The notes beneath the pieces were generated by a model that saw only the letters and a program-made list of their open reading frames with translations, was not told the origin of the DNA and ran no database searches. From Raillietiella orientalis (taxonomy: Eukaryota), in the NCBI GenBank assembly GCA_036172245.1, contig JAYWIR010000016.1, forward strand, positions 3,348,001-3,412,000: a stretch of DNA of 64,000 bases. Reading direction: 5' to 3'. This document shows positions 1-33,936 of the stretch, piece after piece. The position numbers were made by a program, and so were the translations under genes. The number at the start of each line of letters is the position of its first letter. Positions within the stretch are counted from its first letter, which is position 1.

Positions 1-3000
1 TTCCCGCGCGCGTCCCCGACGGTCGGGAAGAGCAGTAGGTGGCGCTGCTTCCCCGCGGGACGGGTTCCGGCAGACAGCGGCGGCGATGCAGGAGGCGAGG
101 AGTCTGGAAGGCGCGACCGCCCACGCCCACGCGCGCGGTCCGGGCGCCGCACTTCCGCCGCCGCCGGTGCGGGCGGTGGGTGGGTGGGCGGGGACGGCGG
201 CGGAATGCGCGGCTCGCCGCGTCCCCCGAAGAGTACGCCGGCCCCTCGCCCTTCCTGTGGGGGCGGAGGGGAAGGGTGCCGAGGCGAAAGGAGGAACAGC
301 GGCCGACCCCGGGGGTTTTGCAGAGGTGCGATCGGGAGGAGAACCGATCCGCTCCCCCCACCCCCTTCCCTCCCTACGCGTGCTCACCGCGGCGCGCGAG
401 AGGGTTTTTCGAAACGCGGACGGGGGAAGCCTCGGAGCGTTTCCCGCGGGAGGAAGTGGCGTGGGGCTTCCCGGTCGCCCCTCCAGAGGCACGCTGCTTC
501 GGGCGAAGACCCGCCTCGAGTCCTTCCCGGGGCACTCGTCCCGGGATTTCGCGACACGCCGCTGGACGTCCGGCTGCGCGCCATCTGATCCCGCGGGGTT
601 GCGCGGTACCACCTCTTGGGATGAAAGAAGGGCAGGGCATGGGCCCCCTCCCCCTTCTTTCCTTTTCCTCCACGTGCCTCCGAGGTTTGTTCCTGGTGCT
701 CCTGAAGCCTCCCGCAGGAAGGCGCGCGAGTCAGGAGGGGAGGACGCGGGCTCTGCGGCCCGGAGTACGCGGCGGTGCTGGCGGGGTGAGGGGCGCACCA
801 TCAGCGAGGGTTGCCGGAATTTTCCCTCCCTCTCCCCCACCCGCTCCCCTTCCCTTCCCGTCGCTCCCTTCCTTTCCCTCTTCGCAGCTGCGGCCTGCGG
901 GAGTCCTCCACTTCCTCCTAGCCCAGCATCATCATCGAAGAGGACGTGGAAGAGCCCAGCGGTGGTCAGCCCGGCGCGCGGGAGTGGGCGACGTTGCCTC
1001 CCGGGGGAGGCAGCGGCCGGGTAGCGGGGGTCTCCGGAACAGCCCTCGCGCGGGGCTCGCGAGCCAGGACGGGGGCTTCGGCACCGTTTCCGGTGACCCC
1101 TCGGAGGCGCCTTCTTCCCCGCGCTGACGGCGAAAGTCGATTCGTCTTCCTTCCCGAGGGAGCCGCGTCGCGACCGCAGAGCTCGGCGCATGCGTTTCGG
1201 GACCGCAAGAGGGGTGGGGGGAAGCCGTGAGACCCGGTCCCGGGCAGCAGGAGTGGGTGCGGCAGAACGGCTGCGCCGCCGGCCCGTGGCGGGCGCCGCG
1301 GCTCCTCCCGGGAGCCGAACGAGGTGTGCTGATCTCCCTTCCGCCGCCGTGGATGCTCCCGCTGGACCGCGAGCCGTCGCGCTCCCCACGGAGACGACGC
1401 TCCGTCTCGGCGGGTCGCGCTCGGACGTCACCTAAAAGAAAAGTCGCGGTCCGGCGAGGAGCGGCCGCGAGTCCGTCCATTCGTCGGCGACCTTCCCGGT
1501 CGTCCCTCCGCGCGCTGCTCCGGAGGAAGGCTTCCAGGAATGGAGCGGCGAGGAGCGGGAGGCATCCTCTCGCGCGCTCGCCCGCCCTCCCGCATTCCCC
1601 GTCGGGGACGCATCTCCTTGGACCTCCCGCCGGTGCGGGTGGGCCTGAAGCAGGACGCACCGCTGCTCGACTGGGACGTGACCGGACGCGGAAGTCGCGG
1701 CATCCGAGCAACCTGCGTTGCCTGCGGCGGTTCAGCAGCCGACCTCATGGTGTTGCCACGAAGAGGTGCACGCGAGGTCGCGTGCAGCAAACAGCGCGGA
1801 GTTGCGGCTGCGACTCGCCCAGAGCGAATGCGGAGCTCCGCGGACGTCGAACACGGCGCTCGCAGCAGCTTTTCGAAATCAAGGAGGGAGGGAAGGAGTC
1901 CAAGGAAGGGACGGGAGGGGGGACGGTCGCTCTCGCGCCGTCGGGCGGCGGCGGCGGCGGATCGAGAAGCTTCCACCCGCCGCACCGCAAGGCGCACGAC
2001 GTGCGAACGAAGACGCCTGCGACGCGCCGAGAGCCCGTCGCTCTTCCACCTCACCGCTGCCCCCTCCCAGCCCTCCAGCAGTCGGAGTTGCCGCGGCAAC
2101 AGCCCTTCCCACACTCGGTGTGCTGCAAAGTCGACCTTTGCGTCCTTGGTTTAACTCTTTGCTGGAATTCAGACTCGCGTTCATCAGCTGTTCCCAAGCG
2201 AGCGCGGCTCGGCGCTCAGACCGGTATTCGAGGGCCGTCGTCATGACACCTTGCAGCGGCAGCAGACGTCGTCGTCGTCGTCATGCTTGCCCTGTAGCTG
2301 CAAGTCCTCTCGCTCTGGAAACAACAACCGGGGAAGAATCGAATGCGGGGGAGCTCTCGGCGTGTGTGTGTGTGTGTGTGAGATGACGTCGCAGACGAAA
2401 GTCGGTCCAGCCGGTTGACCTGCGTGCCGGCTGCTGCCGCTGACCAGTCCGTGTTTTCCTCCTGCATTTTGTTCGGCTGCTCGTCTGGAGAAAAGCAGCT
2501 GATCTGCCTGCATAGAAAGCATCTTCTGGTGCTTCTCTTCTTCTTCTTCCCCCTTCCTGGAAGTCCCCTTTCCTCCTTCAGGCGTGTCGTCGTGTGCGAG
2601 CAGTGGACTTTCGGCGGTGCGCCCGACGACGACGACAAGTTTCGCGTGTTCCTTCTTCCCCTTCTGCGGAGGATTTCCAGCAGCGAGCGCTCGGGGGGAA
2701 CGGGGGGGGGGGGGGAGAGAGTGACCGCCGACCACTGCGATGGAGACGCCGTTCCCGTTTCCGCCAGCAACGCGCGTTAATCACGCAATGAATAATAATA
2801 AGCGATTACCGCCCGGCAGCGAAATGCGTTCATCTCGGGAGCGCCGTTTTTAATTGTGTGGCACACCGAAGGAGAGATTGCTTTCTCGGGTTCGGCGCTT
2901 TCCGGGAACGCGGAGCGCCGGGCGGAAACGGAGCCTCTGGAATCCGAAAAGGGACGTTCGTGACGAGGAATCACACGCAAGGCACGGGGAAAGCACTCGG

Positions 3001-4703
3001 GCCGCGCGCGCGAGAGCACAACATGCCGATTGCACGTGTGCACACGGAACACGTAATCGTAATAATAAGAATAATAAGAATAATAATGGAGGGGGGGGGG
3101 GGGTGAAAAAAGTGCATTCCGTTTTCTCTTTCTCTCTCCCCCCCCCTTCCTTTTTTGGTGGTGGTGCCGGGAGGCGGGGGGGGGGGGATCAAAAATGATA
3201 AAAAGGAGGAGTCGGGCATGGCAGAAACGCACTCGGCATCCGGGAATGACGGCTTCCATTCATTTCGAGCGGGACGGCACGACATTATGTGTTTCGGCTT
3301 GAATAATGTTTGCTGGCTGCAGACTTGGAGAGGATCGTCGAATTTGGAAATTTTCCACGAAAGTGTTTCTGCATTTTAATTGGATTTCGTGACTGCCAAA
3401 CGGCTCGCGCCAGCATACGCAGAGTTGCCACCTTCGGGAGGAGGGAAAAAAACATTTTTTTTTTTTTTTTATTGACAAACTATATCGGAACGGAAAAGAG
3501 GCTTTGTGATCCATGTGGATGCTTCGTCATCCTCCGATGCGGAATGCTCCTCTCTTGCTCTCCGTCGCGGACGGCGGTACTGACACGCTGAGTGTGATCT
3601 CTCTTGCACGAACGTCGCCACGTCGGCGCTGGCGTTGGCGCTGCTTCGCACCGGTTCCAAGTCCGCGTGGCTCTCCTGAGATTGGGGGGTCGCGCATGCG
3701 TACGCGGAGCGGCAGGCAAATGCGGGCTGGTGGCACCGCGCCGTCGGTCCACTTGGAGGCCTCGGGGCGGCGGGAAGGGAGGTCTGCCTCCTCCTCAGAC
3801 GAACCCCCCCCTCTCGTCAGGTCGCAGCTGGCATGCCCACCGGGCCTCGCGTGCGAGATCGCAGCGGGGAATATTCACCCGGTCCATCCATTCGTGGGTC
3901 CACTCCCCCCATCCGGGCGTTGCGAAGAGTTGCGACCTTCTGGCGAGGGTCGCCGCCGCCGTTCCGAAAAATCCCTTCCCGCCTGTCCGCGCGCCGGAAT
4001 CGCGAGGGGCCGCCGCCGCCGTCGCCGCCGCCGAGGTCACCTGCAGCAGGGAGGTGGGCAAAATCGGGCGGCCCGTGCTGATGGGGCCTGCGCGCGGCGC
4101 GAACCCGTTGTGCTTCCGAGGGGTGCGCCACGGCTGGGGTCGATGGCGTTGGGGGGCCGGCCGCCGGCGCCAGCGTGCCGACGGCGTCCTCCCGCGGCCG
4201 CCATGCTGCCGCGGCAGATTCCCGCGAGGAGTGGCGGGGAGGAGGTTGGCTCCGCGGCGGGCTGCGGCGCTAATAGGTCTGCCGCATGGGCGACCTCTTC
4301 GTCCGTCCGCTTGCGTCACCTGGATTTACCTACCTTTACTGACACATCACGAATGATAGCACGTTGATGTTAGCCGAAGGCACTTCATGCGGCGAACTAT
4401 ATCTTCTAGCGGAGGATTTTCCTGCTCATTCGTTTTTCTGAACGAATTCGCTGCGACTGGTTAATGATAATCGTAGCTTGTTTCTACGAGCGAGCTGATA
4501 ACCGCTGCTTTTCCGAACCATTCCGGAACACGGTTGCTACGCACTAATGATCCTCTCATGCCGAGGCAGATCGGCTCCGGGGACCGTGTTGAAATGATCT
4601 CCCGGTTGTGTGAAGGTCCTTTCTGACCGAGTGCCTCATGTGACATACGCGTACCACCTATGCACGGACGCATTTCGAAAGACGACTGCTGGACGCTTCC
4701 GAC

Positions 4704-24627
<19,924 letters not shown>

Positions 24628-24790
24628 GGGCGACCCCCTCCCCATCAGACCGATCTCCCTTCCCGGATCGTTTCCCCTCCCGGAGGGGAAAACGGGGGGA
24701 CGATGACGACGACGACACAGAGCGACGCTCCCTACCCCCCTCTTTCCCCACCCCCACGCCCGCGCTCTGCCCGCCCCGCGCCTCTTCCGC

Positions 24791-24796
24791 AATAAA
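24791..24796 (+). promoter_or_regulatory. Putative polyadenylation signal of LIX1L
   Basis: AATAAA about 165 nt after the stop codon, in otherwise very GC-rich sequence. Confidence 0.6.
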
Positions 24797-27700
24797 CAGT
24801 CCGGAGGTGCGGACGAAGCCTCACTCCCCACGAAGTCTGGCACGCTCCTCCGAGGGGCCGAGGGTTCACACACGGGGCAAGGGGTGAGACGGGTAGGAAG
24901 AAGGGAGAAGGGGTGCATGGGACCTCCCTGGGCTGTCCCCGCCGAGGACACACGCGGGGCCAGACGAGGATGTGCGTTCGTGGGACGGGCCCCTTCCGAG
25001 GAGGAAGGGAGCCTTCCCATCCCGTCTCCCTTCCCCACGGGAAGCCCAGGAGAGACCCCTCCCGCGTGATCTCTGGAGGGTATTGCTAGACGTCCAGAAC
25101 CATCAGGGAGGGAGAGGCGGGGAAACGGGCACCTTGGCATGAGCAGGGAAGGGGATGATTCCCGTGGAAAAACGGGAGCGTTCGCTTCCTGAGGGGTCGT
25201 TGCAAGGGGTTGCAGTCCTCTTTCGAACACCCGGTGCCGCGGCCATCCGACGTCTCGCCCCCTCCTTCGCCTTCCCGTCGTGGCGCGCCTCCCATGAGCG
25301 GGAGGGGAGGACCCAAAGGACTCACTTGCGACGTGCCGGGGGGCCAGACCAGTCCCTTCCCCCTCATCTCCCGAGCCTCCAGGCGGGAGGCGGCGGCAGA
25401 AAGCGCTCGTTGCGAGGAGGCAAGGAAACGGCGGAAAGAGCAGGGCCGTCCGCCCTTCTCTGAGGAGGAACCGTCCCCCTGCCCCATGCTGTCGGGCTCT
25501 CACCGGAACGTGGGCGTCCCACCCCACGCTACTGGGAGCCACGCGCTTTCTCCCCTCTCCTCCAACCTTCCGTCCGGAAGCTCCTCTCTTCCGCCTGAGA
25601 GGGGATCCGCGGAGTCTGGAAGTGCCGGGACTACCACGACAGAAAACTACATCGGTCTTCCGCGCGTTCATCTGGTCCATGCCCGAGAGAGCACCTTCTC
25701 CTCCCTTCCTCCTCTTTCCCTTTCCTCTTCCTCCTCCCCTTTCCTCCACTTCCTCTTTCCTCCTGCTCCTCTTCCTCCCATCCTCCCCCCTCGACAGCTC
25801 CCTCTCCCAGCTGTTCGGAAGCGCCGCGCGCTCCGAGGGCGCCCGGCGCTTCCGAGGGTCTTGGGGCTTCCGCCTTGGCCCCGATTCGGCAGGCCCCCGT
25901 CCGCAGCGACATCGCACGACGACGGCGGCGCACTCCACTATTCTCCCGGACTTTCCTCTCTCCCCAGACTTCGACGGGAGCGCGAGGCGCTGACTGGGGC
26001 GCGTCCGGGATGCCGCGAGAATACCCTGGCGGTCGACGCGCCTCCTCTCCTGGAGCATCCCATCTCCAACCCTTTACTAGGTGACGTCGTCGCCGCCGCT
26101 GCGGGGAGGCGTCCGGCACCGTTCCAGGCCCCGGCGCGCGCGTCCCGGAGCTGGTCGGGTACTTCGAAGGTCCCTTCCCTTCTCCCTCTCCTCTCCCCTT
26201 TCGGAACCGACCGCAGGTCGAGGCGTTACGGCAGCGCCTCCCTGGCTGCCGGCGTTGGATCTCCACGATCCGGAGCGAGTCAGCTGCCGTCGTCGCGGTG
26301 ACTGCTCCCACCAACACTCCCGCACCGGTTGGTCTGTTTCTCCTCGCGATGGGAGGAGGAAGAGCGCGGGCGGGAGGCGGACTCAGGATCGCGGGTGGGG
26401 GCGGGGTCTCTGTCTGCTGACCTGTGTGCGTCGAGATGGCGAGGTGGCGCAGCTGTCGGGGTTGCCGGTGGGAGCCTCACGCGAAGAGAATCCCCTCCGG
26501 CGGTTCCTCTCTCCCCGATTGGCCGCTCGGCGCTCCCGACCGAACCCGTCCGAGGTGTCGGACCTCGCCTTTCTTCTGCTTGGCGGCAGAAAGAGGCCCG
26601 CCGCGCACGTCAGCAAGGAGAAGCAGCAGCGGTGCGCGTGAGCTCGGCAGCCGCAGGTGCGCCCGCCCGCGCGCAAGAGGAAAGGGGGGTCTCCCTGCGC
26701 GCGCCGTCCGTGGGCGTCGCGGCTTGCATCCCGCCCGAGGCTCCTCCTCCTCGCGCCCTCCACCGCAGGTAGGAGGATTGCACAGGTCAAGGGGCCGCCG
26801 GTCTACGTCCCAGGTGGCGCCATTCAACCGCACCGTCGGAGCGGCTTCCTGAGGGTCCCCGCCCGCCTCCCCACGGACGCGCATCTGTTCCGCACATCCA
26901 TCATCCTGGCATCCCTGCGGTTTCCAGGTGCGGGCGAGGTTCGCCTTTGACCAGGGGGCGCTGCCCGAGCCGTCCTGCGTCGGGGAGACGGGAAAGGGGG
27001 GGAGTCCTTTCGGCGGAGGGCGAGGCGTCATCTCGAAAGGAAAGGCAGGACGAAACAAAGCGGAACGCCCCCGCGTTTTTTTTTTTTGGGGGGGGGGGGG
27101 GGTCTCCCGCCTCCCCCCGTTTCGAAGGGCGGTCTAAATCTTCCCAAATCGCGCCCGAAAAAGAAAAGAAAAGAAAAGAAAAAATCGTCGCTCGGTCTCC
27201 GGAAAGAAAAAAGGAAAAGGAAAAACACTGCTCCTGGGAAAAAGGGTGAACCCCAGACGATTTAGCGTAAGTAAACGTTTCGCATCGGGAGGAGTCGCCC
27301 TACGATCCTCAAGCGTTGACAGCAAAAGTGCCTACGAAAATTACAACGGCCGCTGCTCCGCGAGACAAATAGGCAGGCAGTAAAGGAAAGGAAAGAAGAG
27401 TAAACAAAAGCCGGCTCGGGACTCGGGGGAATGTAACAAGCACAAGAAGTCCCCCCTCCCACCCCCCACCCCACTTTGCATAGAATTACCGTCAGCAAAG
27501 TCATTTGTAATGGAAACGAAAAACGCTAATTGCGCGGCTTCCATTATTTCCCAGCTCGCCTTGAGCACCGAGGCCAATAGGAACACACAAATAATTGCGC
27601 TTTCCTTCCTTCCTTTCCTTCTTTCTTTTTTCCTTTCGGTCTTCGCCTCGAGGATCCACGAAAGCTGCTCGAGTTCCACGTGGAAACGTATATCATGTCC

Positions 27701-28080
27701 GTGGTAATGGCAGAAGTTTGTTTTAAAAACAACAGGATGGCCACAAAGCTTCCTCTTCGCAGTCCGAAATGACCGCAGCGCCCCCTCCTCGGAAAACAGG
27801 GTTTCGCCTGCTTTTCTTTTTTTCCTTTTCCCTCTCTTTCTCCCTCCTCCTCCTCCTGTCGTTGGTGTTGTTGTCGCTGTTTGTCTGTTTCGATTTGCAC
27901 GGGAAAAATTGGAAAAAATAAAATAAAGTGAAATACGACGCGGAGAGTGGGAAACCCGGAACGTTTCCCGGGAAACGGCACACACCGTCCAAAAAGCTTC
28001 CTCCCCGAATGTATTCGCAGGAAAGGAGACGTACCTTTTTCCCTTGCCCCCCCCCCCCGCACTCCATTTCCGCTGTGTTT

Positions 28081-28354
28081 ATGAAAGCCGAATACGAAGA
28101 AGGCTTCTGGGTACTCAGAGGAGTATGTGACGGCGTGTAAGACTTTTGTTCTTGTTGCTGCTGCTGCTTGTTTCCAGGATAAGAAGAAGGAGTCCTTTGC
28201 GTTCCTTCAGGAACGCGTAGTCCCGTCGCCTTTTATGAGGAGAGGTTCCATGGAGGCGGCGCGTCATCAACAGAACCCTCGGGATCTGCCAGCTCTCGAA
28301 CACCAGAAGAACCCGCCTTTGTCCAGAACACGAGTCGCGATATCTTTTGATTAA
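28081..28354 (+). CDS. Candidate small spliced orphan ORF (exons 28081-28122, 28178-28354; 72 aa) or lncRNA exons
   Basis: ATG...GGA|gtatgt, then a 55-nt intron with a pyrimidine-rich tract ending ttccag|GAT. The in-frame join reads MKAEYEEGFWVLRG|DKKKESFAFLQERVVPSPF...ISFD*. No recognisable homology. Confidence 0.3.
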
Positions 28355-31300
28355 GTTTTTCAACCGGTCACGCCGGGACGTTTATTTTCTAAAAAGATGA
28401 ACCAGTCTGGAAATGCTGGTTCCCAGCCGAAGGCAAAAGGGGAGGATCCACCGACTCGCAGGTCGGGATGTCGAAAAGTCCGTAGCGGGAGAGGGGAGGG
28501 GAACTACAAAAAATAAAAAAAGAGAAAATCCGGGGAGCTGGAACGGGGGGACCTTTGGGTTCGCTGCGGACACACCGGGATCAACGCGCGCGAAAACCGG
28601 GAAAGTTGCCGAGCGAAAGGGAGTGGGGAATGAGAAAAAAAAATAAAAGGGGGCTGGGGTCAAGGGTATCCATCTTTCAAAACCGGCACTGGATGCCGGA
28701 GATCTCCTCCTTGACTTCCTCTTGCAGGTGAGGTCACCTGGTAGCCGTTTTCATGTAGGCAGCTGCCATGTCCCGGTGTGACCTCCCTTCCCCGCGTCGT
28801 TTCGCCCCCAGTACACGGCGGGACCGTGACCACGGCAGCCCATCGTTGCCATCACCGCGCCCGTCGAAGGTCCTCCCGGCGCGAGGACCGTCGCAGCAGG
28901 TCGCGGGGGCGGTGTCCTCCTGGTGCAGGAGCGCTGACGCCAGCCTCCTCCGCCACAGTTCCCGGAGGACACCGCAGTCCAAAAGCGGGTGCGACTCCGC
29001 CGACCCGCACCTGGCGCCATTCTCTGGACGCAGCCCCTGCGGAAACGAGAGTGCTGGCGATCACTGCATCGGAAACATCCCCAGCGGAGCAAGAGCAGCA
29101 GCACGGCTTGTTTCCAGAAAGGCGGGAACACGGAAGCGTCCAGACATCGGGAGTACAAGTTCCTCGGGGGCAAACACTCGGAAGTTGGCTCCACCGAAGG
29201 AGTCCCGCCTCCACAGCACGCAGAATGGCAGCGTCCGTCCATCAACTCGCCCGCCTTCCAGCCGCCAAGTAGTTTCTTCCCCCCCCCGCGATGGAGCAGG
29301 AAAACTCCCACGTGGCCGGCAGACCACTGTCGTCGCTTGCGTCTCTGAGGGGGGCAGACCAATTGGTCGCGGGGGAAGTGAGAGCACTCGAAGGGCACCG
29401 GGGATCACACGCGCAAAAGAAATGTGTTGGCGCCGACGGACGGTGTTTCCGTATTCCGGGCGCCACCCAGGAATCACAGCGTGGGTGCCTTTCATCGGCG
29501 GCGGGTTCCGGAAGAGGAGCGCCACACGGAAAGAGTGGCTTCCCGCAGCTTTGCAAAAGCCTGGAATGTGGCTGGCCGCGTCCTGGCACGCTCCACTCCG
29601 GTGGACGAAAACCGAGAGGACTTGGTTTTCGGTTTTCGGGATCGGATGATCGCAACGCAGGATCTCACGATGCGCGATGGCGCGTTGTGAACGAAATCGG
29701 TGAATCCCACAGGATGCTTGCCGGCCGGGGCGCAGCTCCGCTCCAGCAACTCTGTGGAAACTGCAAGGCCACTCCTGGCCGCCGCCATCTGCAATGAGGG
29801 GAAAGACACACCGCGCCCTGAGCGTTTGCTCTCCTACGCATCTCGGAGTCTCTTACGCGTGCGCACCGTGGGAATCGTTCCCCTGGGAGCATCTCCAGGA
29901 CTTGGCCCAGATCGTTTTTTTTTTTTTCTTTTTCCTTTTTTCTTTTCAGGAGGAGTTTCGTTTTTTTTTTTTTTTGGTTCCGTTTTCCCTTGGAGGCTCT
30001 CGAAAAAACCTCGTGGAACGGGCACGCAAGAAATTCCCTGCCTGCCGGCTACGACTTGGCCGGTGATTCGAATCCGTGTTTGCCTTGCACCAAATGTAAA
30101 TCCCGAGTGATGCTTTCCCCCGAGAGCTCCACATTCTGGCACTCAACGTTACCGCCGGCTCCAGCGCTTGCGCTCTCTCCGATCAGAGTTCCGTTTTTCC
30201 GGGAAAAGGGGGGAAGGAAAACGACGGCGGTGCCGGGCGGCTGCCGGGACGCTCCTCGCGTTCCTCAGCGCCCGAAAACACGCGGGAAGGCACGCGTGCT
30301 GCCGAGTGCACAGGTCGAACGCACGGTTTTTATGCACGGGAAGAGAGAGGTGCGTGAAGGAACCCTTCCGTTCGCAACTCGTGCGCGCAGCTTTTTTACC
30401 CACGGGCTCGGTTCGACCCGCCGCCACGTCGTCGCGTCCTCCTTTGCCGTCGAGAAAGGTGCGTCTGTACGGGAGCCACAGGAAAAACCCACCGCCCTAC
30501 GTGCCTGACGTAACAACCCGCGCGCGCCGCCCAGTGTTCTGACCCAGCGTGCCGCCGCGAATGGGTGTGGCTGGACGGGGAAGAGAGAGAGAGAGAAAAG
30601 AGGGGGGGGGGGGAGAGCGGCGATGACAGCAGCGTCGCGGCACGTCAGGAAGATGCGTTTGCCCGCACGCGGAGCACCCCACCCCACCCTCCCCCGCCTG
30701 TCCCGCATTCGACGCGAGCCCCTACACCTGAGGGATTCGAAGGCGCAAACCGGTCCTGCAGTCGGAGGAGCGGAGAGCGCACCGCTCGCAGGCGAACCCT
30801 GCCGGCGCGCTTTCTGCTCCCCCTGCGGCGGACGTGCGCTCGCGGGGGAGGATGCTGGCTGGCACGTCGGGGGGAAGGGGGGGAACGTGAGGTAACACCC
30901 AGGGAGCGAGAAAGTGTGTGCTCCTAATGGCGCCGCTGGGAGGGAAGAGGGTCACCCCATCCCTACGAAACCCACGGAGGCGCGCGCGAGAATGACCCAG
31001 CCAGCGGCGGTCCCCCCGCGCTCGGGACGAGCAGCAAACGCCGGCCTTCCTGATCAAAATTCGTTCCCGGCGCTTCGAAAATCGCGACCGAAGATTGCCA
31101 GCGGCCCCTCTGTGCTAGTCTCTTTTGACCACGACCAGTCGGGAAGGGAAAGGGTGCGCCCGTAGGCGATCTGCTCCCCAAAGCGCTTCCTTCTCCAGCT
31201 GGCGAACGATCCGTTGCCTGGGAGGAGGGGGAGGAGGGCCACACAACAACCCCAGAGAGACTTCCCCCTCTTCCTTCGCGGCGGTCGCTACCCCAGGATG

Positions 31301-32528
31301 ACAGCGGGGAGGAGTCGTGTCAGTGAGAGGGGACGGACGTGCTGGCGGCTTCCATTTGCGCCCGGACCCACCGCACGAGACCGTCCGAGCGGAGGACCCC
31401 ATCCACCCACCCCTTGCCTCCCTCCCCCTTCCACGACCACGGTCAAGAAGAAAGGAATCCTTTGTGGTGGGGTCTTTCGAGGACCGGCCGCCGTGCCACC
31501 CGTCTGGCTCGAACCACTCTCCCGAGGGGCGCCCTCGTCTGGACGGAGAGGCGGGGTGGCAACGGAGGCCTCGACGGAGGCGGCACCTTCGGGGACTTAT
31601 CCACTTTTCCTCCTGCCTCGGGCGAAAGGTACACACCTCTCTCCCACCTTCCTTGGTCTCTCGAGTCTTCGAGCTTTTCCGGCCCGCGCAGGCGGCCCTC
31701 TGAAAGCCGCTGCTTTGCGCAGACCACTTCTTGCAGGGTGACAACCCCCTCCCCCATCCATTCTCTTCTACCCCAGTTTGGGAGTCTCCGGGTCGGGCTC
31801 CCCGCCCGTGGCAGGCCGAACGGGAGGAGGACGCTGATCCTGCGAGACACGTCGCGGACTCCTCAGAGCCTGGAGCTGCTCTTCGGATTCCTTTGCTGCG
31901 AAGGGCAGAGAGGGGCACGTGCCAGCGGGAAGCGAGGCGTGGCTCCTCCTCCATCCCGGCACCCGGAATTCTGCATCCCGCGATCTCGCTACCCCACGGG
32001 TTTTCCCCGCGAGCTCCCGGAAGGAAGTTCCGCGGGAGGGATAGTGGAGCCTGCAGTTGCAACCCGAGGGGGGTGGGGGGTGGCTGCGACGCAGTACGCT
32101 GGAGCGGTCCCTTGGAGACCCGAAGGGTCGAGCGCAGCCGAGCGCGCGAACGTCCGATGATCGATAGGAGGAGGGGGAGGGGATGGCCCCTCTATCGATC
32201 ACCGAAAGTCGCTGCCGCTGCCTGCGGAGGCGGCCGCCGCCGCAGCTTCAGCTCAAGGGCGGTAACTCCGGAGAAGAGGCGAGCAGAAGGGGGCTGCCGG
32301 GGAGGAAGAATACGTAGGCCTGGGAAGGGTCGAGTGGGATTCCTCCTCTCCGGTCCTTCCCCGTCCCGGATCGGGTCTGCCGGAGTGGAGGGTTTCCAGC
32401 GCCCGTTCCAGTCGGTGCATGCGCCGCAATCCGCGTGCTGCTTCGCCACCTGCGGGCGTCCGTGGGAAGCCTTCGCTGCTGCTAACTGGCGAACGCAGAT
32501 GGCAGTGCGCTTCGTTCGCCTGCCGAGA

Positions 32529-32554
32529 CAGCAGCAGCAGCAGCAGCAGCAGCA
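32529..32554. repeat. (CAG)n microsatellite
   Basis: Directly visible. Confidence 0.9.
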
Positions 32555-33930
32555 CTTGGGAAGCGTCTCGAACGGAAGAGCCTCTTCTCCCCCGCCCCCC
32601 ACACGGATCTCTTACTTGGATGCGTCGGGTGCCGTTGCGAGCGCTGCCTGCTTAAAACTTATCGTCGTCCACGTGAGCGTACAGGGATGTGCGTTCATCA
32701 GCCATCTTCCGCTGCGGTTGATGTCGATCCACCATGGGAAACGAACGCACAACGTGGAAACGATGGGAAAACGCTCCCCCCCCCCCCCCCCCGTTCTGCT
32801 TCCATGACCCGCAGAGATCCACAGGTGTTTTTTCGCACACACAGGAGCAATCTGTGAAAAAACAAGCGACCTTTATTTTGCAGGAATGGCATTGATGTGA
32901 ATTACGAACGTGATATGACCCGTGCTTCTTCTTCTTCTTCTCTATCGGCCGTTTCGTACAACCCTCCCCCCTTTCAACGAAATCACCACTGGTCCGGCGC
33001 AACCACCGAGGAACGGCCGGCTGTTCGCCAGAGCTCCGCGCTCCATCTTGAAATGCAACCTCCTTTAACCTACGATCGCCCTCGTGGGCTCGCTCATCCG
33101 CCGTGTGGCTCACCCTCTCCGCAGCTGGGCACAGACGGATGCTGGAAAAACGACACACATGGAGACGGCACTCTGAAATCGATCGAAATCTCCTGGGCCT
33201 TCTAGCTGGCGTGGATTCGTGACGCCAAACGTGTGCAAACAAAGTGTACAAGGAACGGACGTACAAGCGCACGGCGCTGTGCACGAACCTGTGAATGATG
33301 ACGACGTGAACCGGAGATGCCACTGGAGGCTATGTCTGGCATGGTGTTTCCGCGGCTGCTGCCACAATTTGCACACGCTTGACCATGTGTTCCCCTGAGG
33401 GGCTACTCCCCGCGTTCACGTTGTCGATGGACCAACCCCACATATTGCACGGATGACCCCAGACTCCTCCGACTCTGAAGCGCTCACAAGTATGCCTGGG
33501 CGCACTGGTAGAAAAAAAGATGTACTGCGGGCACTCTCCTCTCCAGGCGACAACGAACACCCGGGTAAATCGACCAAAACACCCCAGTGCTGCTTGGGGT
33601 GGACAGGGCATTCTTCCGGCCAAGCATTCTGAGAACCACGTCGACTTTTCCAAGCAACGGGGGGGGGGGGGGGGATGCCCGGAATTCACACCTTGACTGC
33701 GCCGGTCACGATCGCCACCGCCGCCGCCGTTCACCCGCTCTTCGCAGGTTCCCCCAACGCACTGCACGAGGGGGGGAGAGGAGTGGGAGAGGAGGGCGCG
33801 CCGGGGTGCCAGGCCCTCCGGTGGAAAGCCATGAAAACGCACGGTCTCCAAAAGGAGGCCGGCGAAAAAAATTCGGCCAGCCTGCAAGCAGCTGGTGGGA
33901 TCGCTTGCGCACCCGGTTGCACTTTCAATT

Positions 33931-33936
33931 TTTATT
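33931..33936 (-). promoter_or_regulatory. Putative polyadenylation signal of OSBPL9 (second candidate at 32872-32877)
   Basis: tttatt on + (AATAAA on -), about 180 nt past the TAG. Confidence 0.5.
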
